A DNA stretch of 64,000 bases from Antedon mediterranea (lineage: Eukaryota > Animalia > Echinodermata), in assembly GCF_964355755.1 (NCBI RefSeq), contig NC_092673.1, positions 15,658,948 to 15,722,947 of the forward strand. The letters run 5' to 3'. The notes below the pieces were generated by a model that was not told the DNA's origin, made no database searches, and was given only the letters and a program-made list of their open reading frames with translations. This document shows, piece after piece, positions 23,511 to 35,500 of the stretch. Position 1 is the stretch's first letter. Each line of letters begins with the position of its first letter. Made by a program: the position numbers and the translations under genes.

Positions 23511-26500
23511 ATGGCGTTCCGTGGATCGGTGGTCAGTATTGGATCTGTTTCACCCGCTTCAAACTTCTCGTCTGGATCTCAACTACGACATGCATATTCA
23601 CAAAGGGATATTAACTCTATTTCGGGACCGCAGTATCAGTCACAGCATCATATACCTCTGTCTACGATCAGTAAGTAGGATACCATTAATTTTCCTTAGG
23701 GCCTATTCACCAGTTCTGTGCTGCCCTCGATAACGGTCGCGTCTTCTAGACAGCCAGATAACCAAATAAGACACTAGATGTACATATAGTAGTTAGAGTT
23801 TCGTTACTAACGTTTATTATGCGTCATATCGTAGTATATTATATTGGTAAAACTGTGGAGGATTACAAAGAAAAACATTATCTAGACTACATTAAAAATA
23901 GCAATACAGCGTACAAACATTGTATTTAGCTGTTTAAGCAAAAAAGGTAACGTAAATGCTAATCATATATAACTGCTATACTAACCTAAATTAATTAATA
24001 TCTTTAATTGCTATAACATTTCAACAAAGGTTTAGGCATCAATGGTAAAATTATGCCTTATATGCATTAAGACTAGGAATGAATTAACAATAAATCATCG
24101 TCCTAGATTGTAGACTGTAATTATTAAAATAGATACTGTACATATATAGCCAGTACTATATAAAGTAGTAACTTGATTAAATAGTATATATGGACCTATA
24201 TATGGCCTAATTAAAAGTTAAAATAACAATTATAAATTAACATGTACTTACACACTGTGATTCTCAAATAGAGGCACGTCAAAGATATAAAAAGAAATGA
24301 AACTTGTAAACGAAAAGCATATAAAAGCTTGTGGACTTCTCTCAGTGAATGCTACTGTATTACTAATACTTTATACTGTACAATGTACAAATTAAGTCAA
24401 TGCATTGGAATGTCCAAATCCAAACAAGTGCCTTAATGATAATACAGTGTGGTACTCCAGGTCAAAACTAGGAGTAACCATGGTAACAATTAAAGTTGCA
24501 ATAAATTCAATAGTGTACTGACTACATTTTATATTTAGGATAACTATACTAAATAAATTTGTAAGGAAATTTATTTGGAGACAAAATACTCCTCGTCTGG
24601 CATAACTCATGTCATAACTAACTATTCGGATACAAGAACCACCAGATCTGAAATTGGTCTTGAATATTTTTTCATTCCATCTCCCTTCTGCGTTGTCAGT
24701 TCAACGTGCCTCACTAGGCCATCTGTACCAAGAAAAGCTTTCACCACTCTTGCAATCTGCCATTCGTTTCGATGTGCTTGCTTGTCTTTAAGCAACACAA
24801 TATCCCCTTTCTTAATTGATTGCTTGGTGTCTTGCCATTTAGGTCGACGTTGCAAGTTTGAAATGTAGTCTTGCTTCCAACGTTTCCAGAAAGAATTCGC
24901 CAAACTCTGGACATGTCTCCACTGGGAAGTGTAAGATGTATTTGCGTCAAAATGTCCTAGGGGTGCACAATTTGTATTTGGTTTTTGCGTAAGCAACATA
25001 GAAGGTGTTAGGATTGTTGGTGCATCAGGATCAGTTGAAACCGGTACCAATGGTCTGGAATTAATAATGTCCACGACTTCTGCCATCAACGTTGTAAGAA
25101 TTTCATGGGTCAGTCTTGCTTGTTGATGTTGATTCAACATGGAGTCGAGAATGCGGCGTGCAATTCCAATCATCCTCTCCCAGGCTCCTCCCATGTGGGA
25201 CGAATGAGGTGGGTTGAAGATCCATTTGCATACTTTAGACTGAAGAAAGTTCTTAACATCATGCGTTCCTATCTGAAGGTTGAGTTCCCTTACCGCTCCA
25301 ACAAAATTAGTTCCTCTATCGGATCGAATAATTCTTGCTGGTCCCCGAAGTGCAAAGAATCTGCGAAGGGCGTTGATTAAGCTTGAAGCTGTCATTGTCT
25401 CTAGAACTTCAATGTGCACGGCACGAGTCGACATGCACAAGAAGATTACCGCCCATCGTTTGCTATTGGCACTTCCACCCCTGGTACGTCTAGAAGTCAC
25501 ATTCCAGGGTCCAAAGACGTCTATGCCCACACTGGTAAACGGAGGTGATGGTGTGATGCGGTCTAGTGGTAAGTCTGCCATCTTCTGTGTCGCAGTTTTG
25601 CCTCTTAATTTTCTGCAGGTCACACACTTGTATATCATTGTTGAAACAAGCCGTTTTCCTCCAATAACCCAATATCCACCGGATCGTATTGCTCCTTCAG
25701 TTATGTGACGACCTTGATGGGCCACTCTGCGGTGATGATACCTAGCAATCAAGGTTGCCACATGGTTATCCGCTGGTAGAATTATTGGATGTTTTTGGTT
25801 GTAATCTATCTCTAGATTTTCAGAGCGCCCTCCGATTCTAAGTAGCCCGTCGTCTCCCAAAATAGGATCTAACTTACGAAGAGTGCTGGTCTTTGGTAAT
25901 GGACGTCTCCTTTTTAGACATGCAATTTCATCTAGGTACGTCTCTTCTTGGACCGCCTGCACCACAACGATTTTGGCTGCGCTAATCTCCTCTAGTGTTA
26001 TCTGGGAAGTAAACATTCCCCATCCGTTGTTCTCTTTCAACTTGAACGAAGCTGCCACCTTCTTAAGTTTTGCTATTACAAGTAACAGTCTTTGCCAATC
26101 AGAAAAACGTTTAAAACGTGAGTTGCCAAGTCGTGGCTCGACGGTATGTGTTGACATTGTGGTGACAGTAGGTCTCACTTCGTCATCTTCATCCGGATCT
26201 ATCAAGTCAAATGTGTTTTCAGGAACTGATGTCTGTGGCCCGCCAGTCTGGACGATGATTGGGCCATCGAACCAGTTGCTGCAAATGAGAGCATCTGGAG
26301 CAGTTGGTCTTGAGGCAAAGTCTGCAGGGTTGCTCTCAGTTGCTACATAGTGCCATTGATTTGGAGATGTTGATCTTGTGATCCGGTTGATTCTATTTGC
26401 TACATAAACATAGAAGCGGCGTTTCTTATTATTTATGTAACCAAGCACTACACGACTGTCCGTATAAAATTTCACCGTATCAAAGCGGATGTCCATTTCA

Positions 26501-29500
26501 TCTTTTATGAGTTCGAACATTTCAGTCGCTAATACCGCAGCACACAATTCCAATCTAGGAACTGTGTGAGCTGGTTTGGGAGCTACCTTGCTTTTGGACA
26601 AAACGAACCCAGTGTGACGGCCTACTTCGCTGGTCACAGTAAGATAGGCGACAGCTCCGATAGCTTGAGTTGACGCATCTGAGAAAATACTCAACTCTTT
26701 TCTCGTAGCCAGTTTTACTGAAGTTTGTACATAACATCTTGGTACCTTAAGATTTTCCAGGTGGACTAGTGACTGTTTCCAACTGTCCCACTCTTCTTTG
26801 TATTCTGGATTAAGAGGAGCGTCCCAATCGACAGTTCCGGAGCTTAACGTTCTCACAAGGATTTTCCCTTGTAGAGTGATTGGCGATACAAGACCTAATG
26901 GGTCAAATAGGCTGTTGACCACAGACAAAACTCCCCTTCTAGTGTATTCATCATTCTTTTGTGCTGATATCTTGAAGGTGAAGCTGTCTGTTTCCAAGTC
27001 CCATGATACCCCGAGACTTCGTTGGCATGGTGGAGTTTCGCTTTTCAGATTGATGTTTTGTAAGTCTTTGGCCTTGTCTGCTTCGTCCAAAGCAGCCATT
27101 ACTTGTCCACTGTTGGACGCTATTTTGTGAAGGTGTAAGTTGCTTTCTGCAAGCATTGCCTTCGATTTTTGTATTAAGGCAATTGCTTCTTCTGCAGTAG
27201 GTAATGATGTTAGTCCGTCATCAACGTAAAAATTACGCAAAATATACTGACTTGCTTCCGAACCATATTTTTGTTCGTATTCTTTTGCTGTTCTGCCAAT
27301 ACAATAGATAGACACTGATGGTGATGGGGTGTTACCAAACACGTGGACTTTCATTCGGTAATCAATTACTTCGTTATCCATGTTGTTGTCCTTGAACCAC
27401 ATGAATCTAAGATAGTCACAATGATCTTCTCGAACATTGAAGCAGTAGAACATCTGTTCAACATCAGCTGTCACTGCAATTGGTTCTTTCCTGAATCTCA
27501 AGAGGACACCCAGCAAGGAGTTGTTGAGGTCAGGACCACTCAACAGAACTTTGTTGAGAGATACACCTTTCCACTCTGCACTTGAATCAAACACCACCCT
27601 TATTTTGCCTGGTTTCTGTGGGTGATAAACTCCGAACATGGGGAGGTACCATCGTTCTTTTCCTTCTTCCATAGGCGGTGCTGCTTCTGCATGTTTGTTT
27701 TTTACCATGTTTCCAATAAATTCAATGAATTGTTTCTTCTGTTCCGGTTTTTTATTTAAGGTTTTGCACAAACTATTGAATCTTCGTTGAGCCAGATCAC
27801 GATTGTCTGGTAGAGGTTGTCTTAACGGCTTGAATGGTAGAGGAGCTACCCAACTACCCTTGTCATCCCTGAATGCATTATTGTCCATTATGTTCATGAA
27901 CTGACGATCCTCAACAGACATTGCAGGCTTATCATCGTTTTCTCCAACATTAAATACTGTTCGTCCTATTTCAGGCTCGTTGTCGTTTTGCTCGCTCAAG
28001 TGGATTGCATTAGGGCAGGTTGGAAACTGTGTGACGTTCGCCTTATATACATTGGTTTGCTCCAGCGGCAGCTGAACTTCGTCTAAACATGTTTCGCCGA
28101 CAATTACCCAACCTAGATCGAGTCGTTGAGCGTAAGGAGCATTGTCTGGGCCATTTATCTGCTCTCTGACTTTGTGCGCTTGTACTACATCTCTGCCAAT
28201 CAAGAGCAAGATTGGTATTTGGTGATCAACCTCTTCCATTTGATTTGCGATTTCGTTTAGATGAGGGTGATGAAGAGCAATATCAGGGGATGGTATTTCT
28301 TCCATGTTACCGGGAATCATTTCACATTCTCTTATGTACGGTATCTTTATCAATGTTTTGCCGTCCATAGATCGAATACACATCTTGTTGGTTGATCTTC
28401 CCAACGTTTGAACACTTCCTGAGCAGGTACGTAAGGTAAAGGAAGTAGGTTTTGATGTGTTCCGGAAGTGGTCGAATAATTGTGGTTTTGCCAGTGTCCC
28501 ATTACTCTGATCGTCAATGACTGCATAAACCACAAGCGCTTCAGCTTCACGGTTTTCTGGGAAAATCAGTAACTTGCAAATTTTGGAACACGAACGTCCG
28601 CCAGGAATGTTTTTGCACACTTGAGTGCAAAGCGGTGAGAGTGAAGGTTTGACACCATCTTCTCTCTCCTCGCCGTCTTGTTGTGAGGTTGAAGCAAGAG
28701 CATCTTGCTGTGGAGGTGATTCTTGGACTGCAGTGTTGTTTGAAGTGGCGTCTGGATGCATGGCGGTGATATGCCTCTTGCTTTTACATACTACACACTC
28801 AATCGCTTCTTTGCAGTCACGGGCTTGATGTGTGTTTGATGCGCAGCATTTGTAACAAAGGTTACACTCCTTCAGCAGAGCTTTCCTCTCGTCTATTGGT
28901 TTCTGCTTGAAGGAACGGCACTTTGCCAAAGTGTGTCTAGCTTTGTGTATCGGACACCAATTATTCAGTCTCTCTGCAGTCTCTTTTTTGCTATGTGGCA
29001 TTGGGCCAACATTTGTTCTATTCACGGCAAGTGATCTTGGGGGTGGTTTGTTGTTGCGTGCAGGCTTCTCTGACACAGGTGATTGGAAACTGGGGTCATT
29101 TCGCATATCCGCCTGATTGGTTACAAAATCCACAAAAACTTTGAATGGAGGGAAAGTGACCTTCTTTTCCGTCTTATACTGTGTTCCCTTTGACATCCAC
29201 CTTTCTTGAAGGTTATAAGGCAATTTTGTAACTATCGGATTTACACCATGTGCTGAGTCCAGTGACAGTAATCCGGAGTACAGTCCTTCTTCTTTTGCAC
29301 AGTTTACTTCAAGAAGAAGGTGTTTAAGCTCACGAAGCTTCAGGTGGTCCCTGAGTTGGAACTTTGGAAATTCTTCAAGTCGTTGAAGTAGGTCCCTTTC
29401 AATGACTTCTGGAGCACCATACGTTTTGTCCAGATTTTCCCATACCATGTGTAAACCTTTTTCGGGATTATTTACATTGATGGCTCTAAGAGGCATCACA

Positions 29501-32500
29501 AGTTGTAACGACTGCTCCCCTAACCACTTTGTAATTAGATCGAGTTCTTGAGACGATGACAAGCGCAGGTCATTGGTGACTCTCTTGAACGATGCCTTCC
29601 AAGGTCTATAGTTGGCTGTCTTGTCATCGAATTTGAGAAGACCGGACGCTACAAGCTCTTTCCGCATAAGATGATTTGTCAATGCATCAACTGCTGGGAA
29701 ACTGGAATGGTCGACAGGTTGAGATGTTGGTAACTGCATTGATTGCCGTTGTGGTTCTTCCTGAGGGATGGGTGTGAAATGTCTGGTCACATAGTTTTCC
29801 GTGCGTTGACCTGAACTCTGAGGAGGCGGCAGGCCCAGCCGTTCAGATAAACTTGTGGTCTGGCTCGGAGGTCTAAATTCAATTTCATTATCTTCGTAGG
29901 CTGCCGCTTCTGCTGTTGCCACGGCGGCTTCTTTTTCAGCTTGAAGAAGATAGAAGTCTGCTTGTTGTTGAGCCTTTTGCCTTTCCAGTTCGGCTTCTTT
30001 ACGCATAATTTCTGCTTCTCTTCGGGCAAACTGGAGTTTGGCTTTAGTAATTTCAGCTCTTGCACGTGCTCGTGCAGAGCTGGTTGTCGATGATTGAGTA
30101 CTGACATGATCATCTTCTGGAGACTGTCGTTGTGCAGGTAGCAATGGCTGCTGTTGGTGACTTGTCACGATAGATGCAAGCCTTGGTTCCGATGCTGATA
30201 GTCGATTTATTCTGTCCAATCGACGATCTTCTTGACTACCTAAGTTGTAGTTTCTTCCGGATCTTGTAGACATGTTGTAGGTTGAGTAGTGTTTTTACTG
30301 TGCTGCCCTCGATAACGGTCGCGTCTTCTAGACAGCCAGATAACCAAATAAGACACTAGATGTACATATAGTAGTTAGAGTTTCGTTACTAACGTTTATT
30401 ATGCGTCATATCGTAGTATATTATATTGGTAAAACTATGGAGGATTACAAAGAAAAACATTATCTAGACTACATTAAAAATAGCAATACAGCGTACAAAC
30501 ATTGTATTTAGCTGTTTAAGCAAAAAAGGTAACGTAAATGCTAATCATATATAACTGCTATACTAACCTAAATTAATTAATATCTTTAATTGCTATAACA
30601 TTTCAACAAAGGTTTAGGCATCAATGGTAAAATTATGCCTTATATGCATTAAGACTAGGAATGAATTAACAATAAATCATCGTCCTAGATTGTAGACTGT
30701 AATTATTAAAATAGATACTGTACATATATAGCCAGTACTATATAAAGTAGTAACTTGATTAAATAGTATATATGGACCTATATATGGCCTAATTAAAAGT
30801 TAAAATAACAATTATAAATTAACATGTACTTACACACTGTGATTCTCAAATAGAGGCACGTCAAAGATATAAAAAGAAATGAAACTTGTAAACGAAAAGC
30901 ATATAAAAGCTTGTGGACTTCTCTCAGTGAATGCTACTGTATTACTAATACTTTATACTGTACAATGTACAAATTAAGTCAATGCATTGGAATGTCCAAA
31001 TCCAAACAAGTGCCTTAATGATAATACAGTGTGGTACTCCAGGTCAAAACTAGGAGTAACCATGGTAACAATTAAAGTTGCAATAAATTCAATAGTGTAC
31101 TGACTACATTTTATATTTAGGATAACTATACTAAATAAATTTGTAAGGAAATTTATTTGGAGACAAAATAAGTTCTAAAGACTAAGTGACATTTTTTTTC
31201 TATTATAACCCCTTATGCAATTATTCAGTGGCGTAAATAGATGGTGGGTGGCAGCCCCCAAGTTTAGTGCTCCAATGGGCCCTCCAATGCTGGGGCTGCT
31301 CATACTCGTACTCATGGTCCTCGGGCCACTGGGTTTAGCCAGAGAACTCATAGTGTTACGCCACTGCGTACAAAGTAAAACAAATCTTTCTCTGCTCTAT
31401 ATATTTTAATGATACATGAATGTAGATACCAAACTTGGTACTTCCGAACTACAGTAACAAATATGCAAAAGATCTTGTTCCTTATGATAATAACACAGGC
31501 ATAGTAGGTACTTCCGGTTTTGCTTTCTGTTGTGTATTTGCTATAATTGGTAGGCCTACTAAAAGATATAGATTTTGTAATTCAATATATAGAGTAGAAG
31601 GTTAAATCTTTTCAACTGGACTCATGATGATGATACGACCTGAATAGGTTGTGAAACGTCGCTGTATTTATTGAACAAGTGTAAGTCTAGTTGAACAAAT
31701 TTATCCTTCTAAATATATCCTTCTAAATATATTGTGATGTTGCGGTAGGCATGATAACAATAAAAAAAATGGAAGCCTGGATCTGGGTTCTTTTTCTTTG
31801 GTACTAACTGTACAGTACTGTGTACGCCATTCCTATCCGTATCCATACTGTTTTTCCTAGTTTATCGTTTGTGTCTATCACAGGGATGGCTAATTCCCAT
31901 AATAAAGCTGTATTCAACTCCAAGGCATTCAAAGCACCAAATGTGTCCATCTGTGGAGAGCTTCTCTCCAATATATCTACCACAAATCAACCAATCAGAC
32001 ACACCAATACCACTACGCTGCACATTAATTCATTTGAGAGCAGGGGAGCTAAGACTAAGAGTCGAGAAATCGTTATGATCGCGCACATGTATTCTAAAAT
32101 GACGCTTGTATACAAATTGTAAGAATTTGTTTCTATAATACCCATTGTCATTCTCGATATAATTAATCTAAATAAAAAATATACAAATATTTCTCTTGTT
32201 TTTTAAATTTCTTCATAAAAATGTCTCGATATATTATAGTTAATCTAAAAATATATATATAAATATTGTTTATTTATATTGTTCTTCACAAAATACAGTA
32301 GTATCAGTATTAATTATTAATCTGTTTAAAAATGGTTGAACAAGTCTTGCGTCCATCTTGGTTGAGAACTCCATAAAGCTAGTCCGCCCTCTTCGGCATT
32401 TGGCTATTCTATCTCTATGTCCAGGTCAAAACATTATAAGTAATAATAATCTAATACATTAACTAACCACATGCCAAACAATTAAATGATGTTATAGTAA

Positions 32501-35500
32501 CCTATACATGATTTCCTGATGAGTTTCCAATGGGATTATAACAATCAGGGCATTTCCCTAAGGAAATTTCCAGCAGTTTTATACTATGGCACATTGCATC
32601 ATATACTGTACCAGCTTTCATTTTAACAATTGCTGTTCCTGTTGCTACCGTAATGGTTGGGTAAATCTGTAATTACATTTGCAAATAAAACAAATATAAA
32701 TAGAGTTAATATGTTAAATAATGAGACTTGAGAGGAAAGTAATATTTATTTTGTAACATAAATAATTGAATAATGACTTTCTGTTTGTGTAGGACTTAGT
32801 TGCATGTTATTATAAATGTTAAAATAAACTCTCTGTAAACTAAGGCCAAATAAAAAAAAGTTACATATTCTCCCCATCAAATTTTTTAACCTTTGACTTT
32901 TTTTTTATTATAGACCAAAAAATTGTTATTTTTTATGTTATTTTATGTTATGTTGTTCGATTTATATAGTGCTTATTTATTTTAAAGAAATGGTACAGTA
33001 AAAATGATTTTGTTTTTAGATTATTCAATTTACCATTAACACTAACCTACATGATCACAAATGCCCAGTTAATATCATCATTTTTAGTTTTTCCATATTT
33101 TGACCAAATACCAAAAATGGTAATACTGTATCTAAATGAATTTTGTGTTTGTAGTATTCTGTAAATAATTAAATGTATAATTGTGTAACTTTATTTTATA
33201 CTTTTATCACTTGAAACTTTTTTTAAAAAAAACCACATCCTGTAACCCATGACATTCACTTCCTTATTTGGCATATGGAAAGTACTACTTTATTTTTAGA
33301 AGCATTTCTAAATATTAATTTTAGTAACTTAGACTAGAGTAAATATTGTCGATGGTTGCAGTGTAGAGTAGGTTTTTGATGAATAACAGCAGAATGCGTT
33401 ATTATACAAATGACGTTCATACTTGAATTGGTTTCCTGTGTTCTTCCTTTGAAGTCATAAGTGTGGAAGTTATTGTCCAGTAATGCATTGATTAATCAGG
33501 AAAGATGAATTGTGTTGTTATCCTAATCATGCTTTGATTGCTACCACCAGTATACCTATAGGTGTTTTCTATTTGTGATTCCTCATAGACATGTGTGGAT
33601 TTAAATACTAGTGACTTTTGGAATGTGTACTATTTGTCTTTAATTCAGTTGACTGCCTTTTTTGCATGTGTATGGTTAAGTAAAGTGCAACGATCTTTAG
33701 TGATTGAAACTAAACAATCTATAGTCTGCCTTATTCTTTTGTTGGAATATAGTACAAAACACTGTGGAACTACCTTTAGGAATGTGCCAAGACTCATACT
33801 GTAGTTGGAATATGTTTGAAAAACACTCTGGAACTTGCATTTAAATTGTGCCAAGTATTGTTGGAATATTGTACAAAACTCTTTGGAATTTCTTCTAGAA
33901 TTGTGCCAAGAATTGTCGGAATTTAACACAAAACATTTGGAAACTTATCTTTAACATCAAGTGAAGAATTGTTGGTACATTTAGTACCAACAATTTGTAT
34001 AGAATTTTTTTATAAAATCTATTTGTTTTGAATACATAATAATACTTTGTTGTTTGATTATGGAGGATGCTAGTGACCAATGTTGTATATTGCCAAGTAA
34101 GTCTCTCATAGTACTTTATACTTTTTTGTCATAATCGTAGACAATTTTACAGATTAAAAATTAATAAATTCAACAAAAGGGTGCTGGAAGTCTAGTCTGG
34201 GATCCAGACGGAGTTTTTTCTTAATATTAGTAAAAATATAAATATTTTTGCACATATGGCGTTTCATACGTGTATTACTTGAGTTTGGATACTCCGTCTG
34301 GGGAAACACGCAAAAGTCACGTGGTTTGACACCAAGAATTCTTGGTGCATAGATTATCCGGTTGACTAGTTTCAGCTGCATGCGATTGGCTACTCACTCG
34401 TACACTGTTTTAATATTCATGTTTCAGAATTTCAAAGACTCAACAACTAAGAAGGTACGCATGCGCTATGTTACGTTTAGACAATGTGTACTTGGGTACA
34501 TTAATGAAAGTTTCTGAAGGCTAGAAATGATTTTATAACATTTGATGGGATTTTTCCCAAGAAAACTCGTCTTGCTTCTCCGCAAATCAAACATTGAATG
34601 GATCATTTAATATTACGCGGAGATAATTTGATTTAATTCCCACCCAGACCCTGTCCTGTTCTGTGTAGTGGTGTACAACTCCCTGGACTGGTGTAGCCCT
34701 GTCTGTTGTGTGTGAATCCTGTTGTGTGCCGGTGGTGGTATGTAGGCCTACCTTATTGGTGTTTTATTTGGCAGGTCATACGTGCGAGTTGAGTAGGACC
34801 TACGAAGGAGGCCTAGGCTAAGGACTAAACAATTTATAAACAAAACAACTTGGCAACACGATTTCATATTTCAACAGTCTCGATCGTACATTCAGCACTG
34901 TACGTACTCGATCTTTTTCATTTTGAAACAAAATGATCATTGGTTGATTTGAAATCCATATTTACATACCGCCCGCCCCATATAGCCAAATGCGGTATGA
35001 TAACCTACGTCATTCTTATTGGATGTTTGCGGTCTGCAAATCGATTTCTATACGTGTTTCACAAGTCTGTATTTTCAGACAAAAATCGCGGTCGAAATAA
35101 AAACAAATAAATAAAAATAAAAAACAATACAGACTTGGAGCAAGTCTACTGGAAGTCATGCACCCGGAGGTATATATTATGACAAACTACAAGGCACTTA
35201 AAATACAACACTCAAGCTGCTACAATTTCACGATAATCACTTGCCTTATCATTTACAGTATTTCCTTGATTCGTATTACAAATCCAAAGGCAACTCACTA
35301 AAACAATGACAATGCTCTTGCTCTGTATACAAAAGCGTTAAATATTAATTCGAAATTTTGTTTTGAATACCACTTGATATTGTTTAGACAGATTTTATTA
35401 CTTGCAATCTCCTTCCTGTACTGTGTAAATAGTTCTTGAAGGAAATTATACAGTAGGGAAATATTTAATGCACTTTGTATTGTTTATAGAGTAGTCCATG

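Larger units (their letters stand above)
23717..31170 (-). mobile_element. Full-length BEL/Pao LTR retrotransposon, 7454 bp
   Basis: Two 872-bp LTRs, 5-bp TSD AGTTC (23712-23716 and 31171-31175), one gag-pol ORF, and a purine-rich tract (AGACGAGGAG on the minus strand) before the 3' LTR. Confidence 0.97.

Noticed and set aside
24575-30113. Short antisense and alternate-frame ORFs over the BEL polyprotein, including any env-like gene
   Set aside because: Shadow ORFs. Only 33 bp separate the pol stop from the 3' LTR, so there is no room for env.
32516-32550. CTGATGAG hammerhead-like start
   Set aside because: No GAAA after the putative stem II.
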